Translations under genes and position numbers: made by a program
Part shown: positions 12,450 through 24,342 of the stretch, piece by piece
How the letters are laid out: the number at the start of each line of letters is the position of its first letter
Numbering within the stretch: the stretch's first letter is position 1
DNA from: Octopus bimaculoides
Lineage: Eukaryota
Assembly: GCF_001194135.2 (NCBI RefSeq)
Contig: NC_068991.1
Span: 8,819,905-8,883,863, forward strand
Length of the DNA stretch: 63,959 bases
Direction: 5' to 3'
The notes under the pieces: model-generated
The model's input: only the letters and a program-made list of their open reading frames with translations
Told to the model about the DNA's origin: nothing
Database searches by the model: none

Positions 12450-14115
12450 AGGCAACTAGTGATGACAGAGCACAAGAAAAACTGTAACTTTATATTGCCT
12501 AAAAAAGTTTCTGACAAATTTCACGGACACAATTGACATTTTATGTAAGATGTTTGGTGAAAAAACACACGTTGGAAGTGGCTGAACACTGAGAAAAGCA
12601 ATGACAAACACTTTACCACATATACATGCAGAGTGAACAAAGAGTGCGAGAGATTTTAATCTGGATAAACTAACTCCAGACTCGTTCAAATACCTGAGTT
12701 TTGCTCAGGGATTTATTGCTTAAAAACGACGCAGAAGTCAGAACGAAAATTCTCGCAAAGCTGGTAATGAACCAGGATATAACTCTCCAAAAACTGTCAG
12801 AAGAATGCAATAGGATATTAAAAGTAAGATATGACACAGAAGAAATCCAGAGCAGAGATTGTTTACAAATAAAAAACCAGTGTGACAGAGTTGAAAGACG
12901 GATAAAGTGTGTCACAAAAAAAATGATATATATATATATATATAAGGAGGTAAACTGACGTATGACATGAGGTGGTAGGCATCTGAGAAAAGAGTGCTCG
13001 TTCAAAAATGTGAAGTGTTTTAATTGTGGGAACACAGGGCACATTAAATCACACTGCAGAACTAAGATCATGAAAAATTGGACCAAATGAGAAAAAAGAA
13101 ATAGTTTGTCATCAGAGAAAAAAAGTTTATACAACAAACAGAAAATTCATCAAAGTGAGAATCAAAACCACTCGTGTCAAAGTGCAATTAAACATGGGGA
13201 GTGACATCACTGTCATAAATGGAGAAACATAGAGGCAAATCAATAAGCCGGAATTATTTAAATCAAATAAAGTAGGATATGGTTTTTACAGGAAAGAAAT
13301 TATATTTCATTGGCGAATGCAATTGCTATGTAGCTTTTCAAGGTGAAACGAAAATGACAATCATTTATGTGTTGAAAAAAATCATTAAACCTATTTGGCA
13401 CAGAATGTACGGTGTTATTCAAAATGTGGGATACCCCCATTAGTGTGTTCTCTGTGAAAATGTAGTTGGCATGGTCAAAAGTTCAAATGAAGTCAAGCAA
13501 CTGAGACAAAAAAATTTTTAAATTGTTTCCAGGCAAAGGAGTGGTTGTGTGGTAAGTAGCTTGCTTACGAACCGGATGGTTCCGGGTTCAGTCCCACTGC
13601 ATGGCACCTTGGGCGAGTGTCTTCTGCTATAGCCTCGGGCTGACCAAAACCTTGTGAGTGGATTTGATAGATGGAAACTGAAAGAAGCCTGTCGTATATA
13701 TGTATATATATACATATGTATATGTGTGTGTATGTTTGTGTGTCTGTGTTTGTCCCCTCCAACATTGCCTGACAACTGATGCTGGTGTGTTTACATTCCT
13801 GTAACTTAGCAGTTCGGCAAAAGAGACCAATAGAATAAGTACTAGGCTTACAAAGAATAAATCCTGGGGTCAATTTGCTCGACTAAAGGCGGTGCTCCAG
13901 CATGGCCACAGTCAAATGACTGAAACAAATAAAAGAGTAATTAAAAAAATTTTTTTTTAAGGATTAGGCTGTTGTACTAAAACAAAAGCGAGGGTCCCGG
14001 TAAAAGCTGTTTTTAGGCCCAAAATGGAATGTGCTGTTTGCAGCGTTAGACCACGTCAATAAAGAGCTGGAAAGAATAGAAAGTACAGCTATAATTGAAA
14101 AAATCAACCATTCAG
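12450..14115 (+). mobile_element. Degenerate Ty3/Gypsy LTR retrotransposon internal relic (gag, zinc knuckle, protease, start of RT), interrupted by a SINE
   Basis: Gag-like NFILPKK...IDILCKMFGEK...VNKECERF and DAEVRTKILAKL...ITLQKLSEECNRIL. CCHC knuckle CFNCGNTGHIKSHC at 13016-13057. Protease-like VKVQLNMGSDITVIN at 13176-13220 (catalytic D to N). Pre-RT GLGCCTKTKA...VNKELERIEK after 13960. Many stops and frameshifts; no LTRs seen. Confidence 0.8.
13532..13940 (+). mobile_element. SINE family A, full-length, inserted in the Gypsy relic
   Basis: A/B-box head, internal (TA/TG)n, tail GGCGGTGCTCCAGCATGGCCACAGTCAAATGACTGAAACAAATAAAAGA. Confidence 0.9.
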
Positions 14116-14449
14116 TACTGGAGAGAAGACAAAATTATAAAATACAAGGTGGTCCGAAAGTCTTGTCACTCCTACCAAAAAGTAATAAGAACAATAGAGG
14201 AATGATATAATAATATCAAACACATGTACCTACACAAGGAAAATCAGTTTGTATCTCCACCTGCAATCTCTGGTGTTGATGGTGGGTTGGTGTTTGACTT
14301 CAGAATAAACAAGGAAAACACTGTAAAAAGTTTAATCTTGTCCTCTATAGTCTTGTCCTCTATAGTCTTGATCTTCCTACAAAATCTTCGTAACCCTTTT
14401 CCTTTTTGTACAATTCTCAGTGTTGATCAAATAGGTTCATGCTGTCCAA

Positions 14450-14493
14450 GCTTCGCTGACGAAGTCCAATAAGATCGAAACATGTCCGTTACT
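14450..14493 (+). ncRNA. Hammerhead-like core with palindromic stem III
   Basis: CTGACGA (14456-14462)-AGTCCAATAAGATC-GAA-ACATGT-C. Canonical core, palindrome ACATGT, GUC triplet; stems I and II only partly paired. Confidence 0.45.
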
Positions 14494-14873
14494 GTAACCA
14501 TCTTTGCTAACAAAGGTCAAATTTTTCCTTAAGCATAGAAATTAGATATTAAAAATTTATTTGGAATTTCTTTAAATTAACTCTTCCCTTTTTTGTGAGT
14601 CTCTAATGAATGCCATTAGGTTTTTAATTTCTTTCTCCAACAAAAAGAAAAGTTTCAGTTCATTAAAAAATTTTCTGAGTACACCATTTTAGATAATACA
14701 GGCAAATGTTTATCTCTTCCATGTCACGAGCTTACTTGAGTTATTTCCTTTACCTCTATCTATCTATCTATCTATCTATCTATTATTATTATTGGTAGGT
14801 AGGGTCAGTCCTAGCTGTTTCCTCTTGAAGTACACCTGCTTATACCATTATAATAAACCTCTCTCTCTCCCCC

Positions 14874-14907
<34 letters not shown>

Positions 14908-14975
14908 TTCTTTTACTTGTTTCAGTCATTTGACTGTGGCCATGCCGGATCACAGTCTTGAAAAAAAAAAGTATA

Positions 14976-15049
14976 TAGCTCGTGTAGGGTTAGAACCCAC
15001 GACATTTGCGTTATTAGCACGACACTCTAACCAACTAAGCTAACCGGCC
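14976..15049 (-). tRNA. tRNA-Ile(AAT), degenerate / probable pseudogene
   Basis: Minus strand GGCCGGTTAGCTTAGTTGGTTAGAGTGTCGTGCTAATAACGCAAATGTCGTGGGTTCTAACCCTACACGAGCTA (74 nt) follows the eukaryotic tRNA-Ile AAT pattern and is followed by a T10 Pol III terminator. Mismatches in the acceptor and anticodon stems; T-loop TTCTAAC breaks the B box. Confidence 0.78.
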
Positions 15050-15139
15050 ATGTAAATACGTTCAAGATTAGTATCTTCAAACCCCAGTTACCAGTAAGAC
15101 TAGCAACCAACATTTTAAAAAATTTCCAATTCTTTTTTT

Positions 15140-15185
15140 CTCTGCTTCCGGCCAAACTGGCGTGGCTTAAGGGAAGCAACTCTGT
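15140..15185 (+). promoter_or_regulatory. Candidate LRRCC1 promoter elements
   Basis: ETS-type CTTCCGG (15145-15151) and SP/KLF-type GGCGTGGC (15159-15166) between the tRNA and the ORF. Confidence 0.4.
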
Positions 15186-15741
15186 ACAACCAACACATTT
15201 ATCTATATATTTATTACATCAAATAACTGTTTCCTCGTGATATTTTCTATTGTCTATTGATTTATATTGAGATGAAAGTAATTTAGACGGAGGAAAACTA
15301 ATGAACTGTTATAGCAGTATTTTTTCACTGACAATGATACATCTACTATAGCTGATGCCTATGAATTATATACAGTTTATTTTGGATTACTCCTGCGAAT
15401 CTAACAATCATGTATAATTCCTAGGTTATGATGCTGGTATCATAGATGTTGTGGAATCCATGTTGAAAAACAGTTTTCTGGTGTTTTGTCCAAGTCTTAC
15501 AGATTAAAGAAAATAATAGTTATTTTACTAATAAAAAGAATTTCAAATCGGTGTCTAATTGTGTCCCTTAGTGAATCGCTCTTTGTTGAGTGGAGACATG
15601 TTCAAACACGACCGTTTCTACGAACAACAACACAGAACAGAAATGTCGTTACTTCGGTTTATATTGATCCCGGTAAATCGGTAAATCTATGATGGATTAC
15701 ATTGTGACAGTGTTTTAGCCTTTTCCACATCTAAACTGATA

Positions 15742-18700
15742 ATGTCGTCGTGGCCAGCCAAAGAAGTTTCTTTAATATGTCGCGGTCTTTCAGAGTCGTC
15801 GAAACTTCCATTAAACGACTCCACCGAAGTTGTCAACTTACATGGCAACGATTTTACGGTGATTTCCACACAATTATCCAACTTGCTCTACCTCAGGGAA
15901 CTTGACCTGTCGTCCAACAGAATTTCAAGTATGAAAGCACTCAGTAATCTAAGAATGCTCCGAATATTGAACCTTTCGTGTAATTTCATCCGGAAGGTGG
16001 AAGGTATGGTATCACTTTCATCTCTCCTATTTTTAAACCTCAGCCATAATCAAATTGAGGACGTTAGTGGGTTTAAGGAGGTAAGCGGGAGTGAGTATTC
16101 CCTCAGTGTTGTCTCTCTTCACGATAACAAGATCGCTAATTTAAGTCATCTGGTTACTTCTCTGAGAGATTGCTCAAATATCCGTTGCCTTACTTTAGAG
16201 CAAGATGATCTGACCAATCCTGTTTGCAGCCAAATTGACTATCGGCAGCGACTCCTTTCGCGATTAACTCAGATCCTTGTTTTGGATAATGTTTCCAGAA
16301 GTGGTGAAATCCTAAGACTGGGAGATATCCCTGGTATTGCTTTACGAAATCCTGGCTCGAGTCTAGATTTCCCCGTCTCTGTGGACTCAAGTTCCTATGA
16401 AACCTTTAAAAGTCAATCTGGACGTTTCCACAGTAAAACCCCCGGAAGTAGTATGGATTCACAATCGCTGTGCGAAATAAAAACGCCCCAAATCGATCTT
16501 GTTATGGAGAAATATAAATATAAATACTATTCCGATAATGGTTCTGATTCAGTGCTGGGAACAGAGAATAACTTACGAAACTCGGAGAACGATGAATTTA
16601 ATGGCCCTCTTAGGATGTCTAGTTTAAGCATGGAATCGACAAGGGGTGAAAGTCTGATAATAGAACCTCACAACAATAGTAATAATAGTAATGCTTTGAG
16701 AAAGAGTAATGGAACTAGCGAAATATTGCCAAAAACTAAAGAAAGGTCAAACAAGATTGCTAAACCAACTAAGATTTCTACTAAACCAGTGCAGAAACCT
16801 CTGAAAACTAGTATCAAAAGTAAAAATCCCAGTGAGAACCAGTCAAAGCCAAATCTTTGCAGCAGTAAGCAAGTGGACTCTCGTGTTGGTTGTAAAAAGG
16901 CAGGAGTAAAAGTTGATAATGAAGTTCAGCAGAGTGATAAGGAGTACAGGGATGTTATTGAAACTACCTACAAGCATTTGATTGAAGAACTTGCAGAGGA
17001 ACGGTCTCGCAGCTGGAAAGCTGAGCAGGCTTTGAAAGAAATGACTGCTTCTGTGAACCATGCCAAGGCAAGTTCACAAGAAATCAAGACACAGTATGAA
17101 AGATTAATTCAAGAAAACAATCACTTAAAAGAGTGTTTTAACAAAGAAAAAACGCATAGCATAAATTTGGAGCAAAAAATTAGCTCTATGGATCAGAAAC
17201 TCGAGGATCTCCAGCAAAGGCTAAATACAGCAAAAGAAAACATGGAAAGTCAGAAAGCTCTTTTATCAGAAGTTCAATCTTCTGCTGTTGAAAGAGAAAA
17301 CCAACATATGAGAATATTAAATGAAGAGAGAAAACGCTTTGAAAAAGAGCGCCAACTTTCAGCAGTTGCAACAAAGCAGTCTGGTGACTTGAAGAGTTCT
17401 GTGACTTCTTTACAAAAACAAGTTACTGAACTGCAACAGTTGCTGGCATCTCGGGAACTCGAACATAAAGATGAACTCCGTGACAGGTTTAAATTAGGCA
17501 GTAAAGAGCTTCGCAGTGTGATTGAAAGGGAGTTGAAACATGTTAAATTGCAATATGAAGATCGCATGAAGCTTCAGGCTGAACGCACTGAAATGATGGA
17601 GAAGCATTATAAGAATGTAGAAAAGGAGTTGAACGATGCTTTGCAGCTTGAGTCAGGCCAAGTGAATCAACTTGAACTTGCTTGTGATTCAATTGTGAAA
17701 GAAAATGAGCTCAATAAACAGGCTTTAATTGCTGCTCAGATGAAGGACAAGAAAAAGAGTGAAACCCTTTCACAGTTGACAAATGTTGTTAAGAAACAAA
17801 AGGATCAAATTTCAGATCTCTTGAAATCAGAACAAGAAATGACTTCCAAACACAAACAACAAATGGAAGATGCTAACCAGCATCTGGCAGAGATGCAGAA
17901 GAGAGCAACTCAAAGTGACAAATTAAAGCACGACTGTTTGACATATCAAGCTCAGATTGAAGCGCAAGAGTCACTTATTGTGGGTTTACGTGCTGAACGG
18001 AAGGTTTGGGAGAATGAACTTGCTCAACAAGGGACTTCTCTTGCTCAAGATCGTGGTCGACTTGAGGTCAAGTTGGAATCTCTTGAAGTTGAAATTGAGT
18101 GTCTGAAGAAGCAACTGAAATCTGAGGTAGATACAGTAAAAATAAAAATGAAAATCATTGATGACCAGGCTGAGTCAATAAGATCCCTGAAAGCAGAGTT
18201 GCACCAGAAGGATGAATTGATAAAGGATATCCGTGAAGATGCTTACAAAGCACAAAAAAAGATTGAAGATGAACTGTTGCTTGAACAGGAAGCCAGACAA
18301 GAAAGTCAGTTTACAATTGAAAAACTTGAAGATCGTAAAGCAGAACTGAAAGACCAACTTGCCGAAGTGGTCAAAGAGCTGGAGAGATCTCAGAATGCTC
18401 ATTATTTGTTAAAAAAGCATTGGAAAGACAAATCTGATTTGATTAGTACTTTAGAAGCTCAAGTAAAGCAAGCTAAATCGATTTGGGAGAACAAAGAAAA
18501 AAGTTTACTGGAGGCTTGCGAGAAAGCGAAAAGTGAACTGAAAAAAAATGAAGAGAAAATGTCTAAAATGGACAGTTTGTTCCGACAACAGTTGGATGAT
18601 AAGGAAAGTGCACACCAAAAAGCCCTATCTCAGTTAGCCAAAGATCAGCAATTGGAATTAGACAATGCTCACCGAAAAATTCTAGATCTTGAAGATGAGA

Positions 18701-18795
18701 TGAGGGAAATTTTGAAAGAGAGTAATAGTGTACAAGCCAAAATGTCCAAACTTGCTATTTTCTTTGGTAATATGGCACCTGAAATCAATAGATGA
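15742..18795 (+). CDS. LRRCC1: Leucine-rich repeat and coiled-coil domain-containing protein 1 (centrosomal CLERC/VFL1 ortholog), single-exon ORF, 1017 aa
   Basis: Uninterrupted 3054-nt ORF free of repeats. N-terminal LRRs (VNLHGN, LRELDLSSNRISSM, LNLSCNFIRKVEG, LNLSHNQIEDVSG, VSLHDNKI) and an LRRcap-like NPVC...YR...L..L.VLD match recalled human LRRCC1 motifs. A low-complexity linker and ~600 aa of heptad coiled coil follow. In-frame TAA at 15682 with no ATG between it and the start. Confidence 0.95.
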   Translation: MSSWPAKEVSLICRGLSESSKLPLNDSTEVVNLHGNDFTVISTQLSNLLYLRELDLSSNRISSMKALSNLRMLRILNLSCNFIRKVEGMVSLSSLLFLNLSHNQIEDVSGFKEVSGSEYSLSVVSLHDNKIANLSHLVTSLRDCSNIRCLTLEQDDLTNPVCSQIDYRQRLLSRLTQILVLDNVSRSGEILRLGDIPGIALRNPGSSLDFPVSVDSSSYETFKSQSGRFHSKTPGSSMDSQSLCEIKTPQIDLVMEKYKYKYYSDNGSDSVLGTENNLRNSENDEFNGPLRMSSLSMESTRGESLIIEPHNNSNNSNALRKSNGTSEILPKTKERSNKIAKPTKISTKPVQKPLKTSIKSKNPSENQSKPNLCSSKQVDSRVGCKKAGVKVDNEVQQSDKEYRDVIETTYKHLIEELAEERSRSWKAEQALKEMTASVNHAKASSQEIKTQYERLIQENNHLKECFNKEKTHSINLEQKISSMDQKLEDLQQRLNTAKENMESQKALLSEVQSSAVERENQHMRILNEERKRFEKERQLSAVATKQSGDLKSSVTSLQKQVTELQQLLASRELEHKDELRDRFKLGSKELRSVIERELKHVKLQYEDRMKLQAERTEMMEKHYKNVEKELNDALQLESGQVNQLELACDSIVKENELNKQALIAAQMKDKKKSETLSQLTNVVKKQKDQISDLLKSEQEMTSKHKQQMEDANQHLAEMQKRATQSDKLKHDCLTYQAQIEAQESLIVGLRAERKVWENELAQQGTSLAQDRGRLEVKLESLEVEIECLKKQLKSEVDTVKIKMKIIDDQAESIRSLKAELHQKDELIKDIREDAYKAQKKIEDELLLEQEARQESQFTIEKLEDRKAELKDQLAEVVKELERSQNAHYLLKKHWKDKSDLISTLEAQVKQAKSIWENKEKSLLEACEKAKSELKKNEEKMSKMDSLFRQQLDDKESAHQKALSQLAKDQQLELDNAHRKILDLEDEMREILKESNSVQAKMSKLAIFFGNMAPEINR

Positions 18796-18978
18796 TTTCA
18801 GAAATTTTCACACGTCTATATACAGATGGGTGATAAATGTATTAGGGAAGACCCATGTAAACATCAACTAGTTGCCCTATTTTTGGCGTGGAAGTAAAAA
18901 GATATTTAATGCAGAATGATAATGTACCTCAAGTGCTGCAGATTGGAATTGAGTTGAATAGGAACACATAGCCTCAAT

Positions 18979-19155
18979 CTCAGTCATTTGACTGTGGCCA
19001 TGCTGGAGCACCGCCTTTAGTCGAGCAAATCGACCCCGGGACTTATTCTTTGTAAGCTTAGTACTTATTCTATTGGTCTCTTTTGCCGAACCGCTAAGTG
19101 ACGGGGACATGAACACACAAGCATCGGTTGTCAAGCAATGCTAGGGGGACAAACA

Positions 19156-19209
<54 letters not shown>

Positions 19210-19320
19210 ATATATATACATATATACGACGGGCTTCTTTCAGTTTCCGTCTACCAAATCCACTCACAAGGCTTTGGTCGGCCCGAGGCTATAGTAGAAG
19301 ACACTTGCCCAAGGTGCCAC
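18979..19320 (-). mobile_element. SINE family A, head-truncated, just 3' of LRRCC1
   Basis: Reverse complement of the 13532-13940 copy. Confidence 0.9.
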
Positions 19321-19365
19321 ATTTTAGAAAAGAACAGAACTGAGATCAATAAGCAAGATCACTAA

Positions 19366-19572
19366 GATGGTGAGCTGGCAGAGTTGTTATCATGTCGGGC
19401 AAAATGCTTAGCAGCGTTTTACCTGCCTGTATATTCTGAGATCAAATTCTGCCATGGTTGACTCTGCCTTTCATCCTTTCAGGGTCGATAGAATAAGTAC
19501 CAGTTCAGCGCTGGGGTCAATGTAACTGGCTTAGCCCCTTCCCCAAAGCTGCCAAAATTTGAAACCAATAAG
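19366..19572 (+). mobile_element. SINE family B
   Basis: GGTGAGCTGGCAGAG...TTCTGAGATCAAATTCTGCC...CCTTTCATCCTTTCAGGGTCGATA. Confidence 0.8.
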
Positions 19573-19793
19573 CTAAATAACTGATTTGATTTACTGTGAG
19601 TAACAAACAGATCATTCTGTCAAATATAATGATTATTTATTATTCACATTGTTTTGAATTCATCATCATCATGTATTATCTCATAGCTTTCACATTTCAA
19701 AGATATGGTAATTTATTTTTGAGAATGACATTGTAGGGTAGTTGTGAGAGGCCAGACCTGGCCATTTTGAACATGAAACAATATTTGGGCCTA

Positions 19794-19827
<34 letters not shown>

Positions 19828-19927
19828 GTATGTGTGTGTGTGTGTATACATGTATTATATATAGTGAGAAATGTATATATTTTTATAAATTAAATTCTGA
19901 ATTTTGTAAATCATTAATGAACTGTTT

Positions 19928-19959
<32 letters not shown>

Positions 19960-20011
19960 CACATGCACTCACTCTCCCTCTCTCTCTCTCTCTCTCNNNN
20001 NNNNNNATGCA

Positions 20012-20042
<31 letters not shown>

Positions 20043-20094
20043 ACTCACTCACTCACACACACGCGTACACACACACACACACACACATACACAC

Positions 20095-20355
20095 ATGTGA
20101 AATCAAGTGTTTTGCTCAAGAACACAACATTATTACCCAGTCCAGGAATTGAAACCATAATCTTATGATCATGAATCCAACACCCTAACCACCAAGCCAC
20201 ACATCTCCACAAAAGGAAGGACACATTGGATCATGTATTTATAGATATTCTTTGACAAGGTAGAACTACCATAACTGGAATGCTATTTGGTCACGAGTTT
20301 GTCTGATCAGGATCGACCTGGGCCTAAAAACAACAACAACAACAACAACAACAAT
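20095..20355 (-). mobile_element. Another tRNA-headed SINE; a related head lies at about 55480-55640 (-)
   Basis: Minus strand GTGTGGCTTGGTGGTTAGGGTGTTGGATTCATGATC...GGTTTCAATTCCTGGAC head. Confidence 0.6.
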
Positions 20356-20999
20356 GATCTTTCATTTCTCCAGGAATGACAAAATGTGTACCAGTTATTT
20401 ACTGGAGTTGTGTGCTTGGTCAAAGAAATCTTTATTTTTCTGTACTGATGAACCCATCATGGCTATTTATATAAAGTAAATTTATATATTTTTAAAATTT
20501 CTTGTGTCTTGTTTATATTTATGTTTCATATATATGTATGTGTCTTATATACTATCTGATACCATGTATGTGTCTTATATACTATTTATGCAATTATCCC
20601 ACCTAATATATTTTGTACTGTATATGTATGTATGTATGTATGTATGTTTGTATATATGTACGCATGTACGTATGGAATTTATATACGTATGTATATATAG
20701 ATGGATGGGTGGGTGAATGCATAAATGTATGTATATACAGAAATACATACATAACGGGTGCAAATAAATGCATACACATATATACACGTGTATATGTGTG
20801 TGTGTGTGTGTGTGTGTTTACCTACATTCATATACACGCACGGTGACGTCTGTGTGTGTGTGTGTGTCCTATCTATTTGATTTTCACAATAAATTTGACT
20901 TTTCTCAGTATAGAATCACCCCCACATATGCCCAATTATTATTAAAAGTGCTTTAAAATAACAAAAGAAATTTTTTTAAGGTAGGCACATAAGTGCAAA

Positions 21000-21030
<31 letters not shown>

Positions 21031-22569
21031 CATATATGCATACATACACACACACATACATACATGCATACACAAACATACATACATACATACATAAATA
21101 CATAATACATACATCAATACATACATGTGCCAAAATATATATATATATACACAAATACATACGTGCATGCATGCACAATCACCATGCATACATACATTCA
21201 TTCATACATACATACATACATAAATACGTACATACATACATACATATACATACACATATACATTCTTGCACGCACACACATATACATACATGTTTGTACA
21301 TGTATGGGAGGGAGGAAGCTTAGTGCAAAGTAATTAGATAAAGAATAATAGCGAAGGATGGAATATGTACATGTGAGACATAATGTCTGCGTTGATAAGA
21401 GCAAACTGCATCTGCAACAGTGTGTTGTGTTTCGTGGTTGATGCGGAATTATTTCTGATATTCTGGTCCTTGGTTTGCGGGGGGGGGGGCGCGGATGAGA
21501 TTCATGGTTGAGATATTGATTTTGTATGTCTGTTCATCTATTGGAATATCTTTTGTATGTATGTATGNNNNNNNNNNNNNNNNNNNNNNNNNNNNNNNNN
21601 NNNNNNNNNNNNNNNNNNNNNNNNNNNNNNNNNNNNNNNNNNNNNNNNNNNNNNNNNNNNNNNNNNNNNNNNNNNNNNNNNNNNNNNNNNNNNNNNNNNN
21701 NNNNNNNNNNNNNNNNNNNNNNNNNNNNNNNNNNNNNNNNNNNNNNNNNNNNNNNNNNNNNNNNNNNNNNNNNNNNNNNNNNNNNNNNNNNNNNNNNNNN
21801 NNNNNNNNNNNNNNNNNNNNNNNNNNNNNNNNNNNNNNNNNNNNNNNNNNNNNNNNNNNNNNNNNNNNNNNNNNNNNNNNNNNNNNNNNNNNNNNNNNNN
21901 NNNNNNNNNNNNNNNNNNNNNNNNNNNNNNNNNNNNNNNNNNNNNNNNNNNNNNNNNNNNNNNNNNNNNNNNNNNNNNNNNNNNNNNNNNNNNNNNNNNN
22001 NNNNNNNNNNNNNNNNNNNNNNNNNNNATCTATCATGGCGATGTATGTATGTATGTATGTATGTGTGTGTATGTGTATGTATATGTATGTGTATGTATAT
22101 ATATATGTGAGTGTATGTATGTATATGTGTATGTACGTATGAATGTATGTGAGTGTGTGTATTTTGATGTTCCTTGGTCTTGACGTCGCATGATTATTGT
22201 AAACGAGTGCCACTGTCACACAAGGTGTGTCATTTGTTTCCAAAATTCTGTGAAAGTATGTCTGGACATGGGAAATGTTACCTTGCTTGGAATCAAGGTA
22301 GGGTTGGCGACAGGCAGGTCATCCCCACCGCGTAGAAAATCTGTCTCAGTAAACTCCATCCAATCCATGCATCGTGTATGTAAAGTTGGACATTAAAACG
22401 ATGATATAATGGTGTCTATTTATTAATCAATTTTCTTCCAGAATAATTATATCATAATCCTGAAATTTGGGGGAGGGGGATAGTCGATTACATTTCCCCA
22501 GTGCACAACTGGTACTTATTTCATCGACCCCGAAAGGATGAAAGGAAAATACTGCGGAGAGACGTTTTG

Positions 22570-22760
22570 AATGCCCTGTAGTAGAAAACATAGTCGAACC
22601 ATGGGATGAAGTGGAACCCTCATGTTCGAGTAGTGCGTTTGTGATTTTACAGATTTCTACCAGCAGAAATTCTACGAGAAATTCAAAAAGATATTGCGAT
22701 TCTTGCAAAAGATGGAGGGTTTGATGAAATCATACTCAATTATATGATCAAGTTGTTGAA
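22570..22760 (+). mobile_element. Possible decayed pogo/Tigger transposase C-terminal fragment
   Basis: VVENIVEPWDEVEPSC... then FLPAEILREIQKDIAILAKDGGFDEI resembles the Tigger AW.EV...C / EI...IV..AK..GG.GF segments. Confidence 0.35.
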
Positions 22761-23064
22761 GTTCCAAAAATAAAAAATAAAATACAATCAAATAAAATAA
22801 ATTAAAATAATATAAAATAAAAACAAAACAAAACAAAATGTTTAACTCTTTTAGAAATTTCTGCCATTAGAATTATCCTTGGCATTTTTCTTTCACATCA
22901 CAAATATCCATCTTCAAAGAATTACCGCCTGTAAAACTCTGCATTTTGCGTTTAATATTCTTTGAATCGATGACGTCACTACTTCAATTTTTTTTTCCTC
23001 CGTGAATGTTGATTTTAATGGATCGTTGATAAACTACCAAGTTTTTTTTTTACTGCTTTCCACG

Positions 23065-23103
<39 letters not shown>

Positions 23104-23147
23104 GTTGTTGCTGTTGTTGTTGATGAAGATGATGTTGTTTTGTTGAG

Positions 23148-23615
23148 AATGGTAGCTGGCAGAATCGTTAGAGCAATGAGATATTTTAGTTGGTTCTTTA
23201 TTTTCTGAGTTCAATTCACGTCGAGGTTTGCTTTGTCTTTCATCTTCCTGATGTACCAGTCATTTACTGGGGATCAATGTTATCGATTGACCAACTACCG
23301 TAAAAATTGCTGACCTTGTACTAACCGTTGAAACAAACCCTTCTTCTTCTTCTTCTTCTTCTTCTTCTTCTTCTTCTTCTTCTTCTTCTTCTTCTTCTTC
23401 TTCCCAGTCAAAATCCCTAGGAGTTCAAATTCCGTCGAGGTCGACTTTGCCTTTCATNNNNNNNNNNNNNNNNNNNNNNNNNNNNCCCCCCAAATTGCTG
23501 CCCTTGTGGCAAAAATATAATGATAATAATAATAATAATAATATTATTTCGCCCGTCGCTACGTTCTGAGTTCAATTTCCGCCGAGGCCGATTTTGCCTT
23601 TCATCCTTTCGAGGC
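23148..23615. mobile_element. Several family B SINE fragments around (TTC)n and a gap
   Basis: Repeated GAGTTCAA.TTCCG.CGAGG.CGA.TTTGCCTTTCAT motif. Confidence 0.7.
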
Positions 23616-24137
23616 CGATGAGACAATTACCAATTGATGGAATTGACTGGACTTGATGTAATCGATTTCAGGTCTTTTGCCATTAGTACAAAGGATTATA
23701 TATCTAACAATAAAATTATATATTATGCACTTTTTGTGTATGTGTGTGTGTTGTTATGCGCGTGATCCCACGGTCTCGCATGAAAATTGTCCGTGGTGCA
23801 AAAAAAAAAAAAAAAAAAAAAAATTTAACTTTGTCCGACAATCTAACGATTCTACGAAGTCTTATCCTTCGTTCATTTCCGCCTACGCTATTCCCTCTGA
23901 AGCGAAAGACTGGATTTACTCTGCTTCAATAATTCATTATATAACGTTTTCTGGAGCTTTACACTCGGCACGTGGCTTTAAATAGTGTTACACGAAATAT
24001 ATTCTTTGAAGACGAAAGGTACGGAGAAGTTGCGTCTACTTAACATGAAAATATTAACCATTTCCCGAATTATACATTGGTTTTTCATGCACTGAATTAC
24101 CATTCTTAGAATGAATTAGAAAATCGTTTTAATTCTA

Positions 24138-24342
24138 CAGTAATCCTTCGCCATATCGCGGTTCGCCTATCGCGCATTCAGTACATCGCTGATTTTTCTG
24201 GCTAATATATGTAAATTTATATCGCGGACTCCTCAGTATATCCAGGTTTCTGCGGCCGATAGGTATTTATATATTTTTAGATTTTAATTATTTCTGTGGG
24301 AGGTTTTGTAACGTAACACCTGTGATAGTCGAGGGTTTACTG
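24138..24342. mobile_element. Tigger/pogo-type MITE, 205 bp
   Basis: TA-CAGTAATCCTTCG ... CGAGGGTTTACTG-CA terminal inverted repeats. Confidence 0.75.

Noticed and set aside
14336-14375. 15-bp tandem duplication TCTTGTCCTCTATAG; similar 14-bp triplet at 40318-40358
   Set aside because: Ordinary slippage duplications with no further structure.
16190-18402. Antisense ORFs inside LRRCC1
   Set aside because: Short shadow frames of the coding strand.
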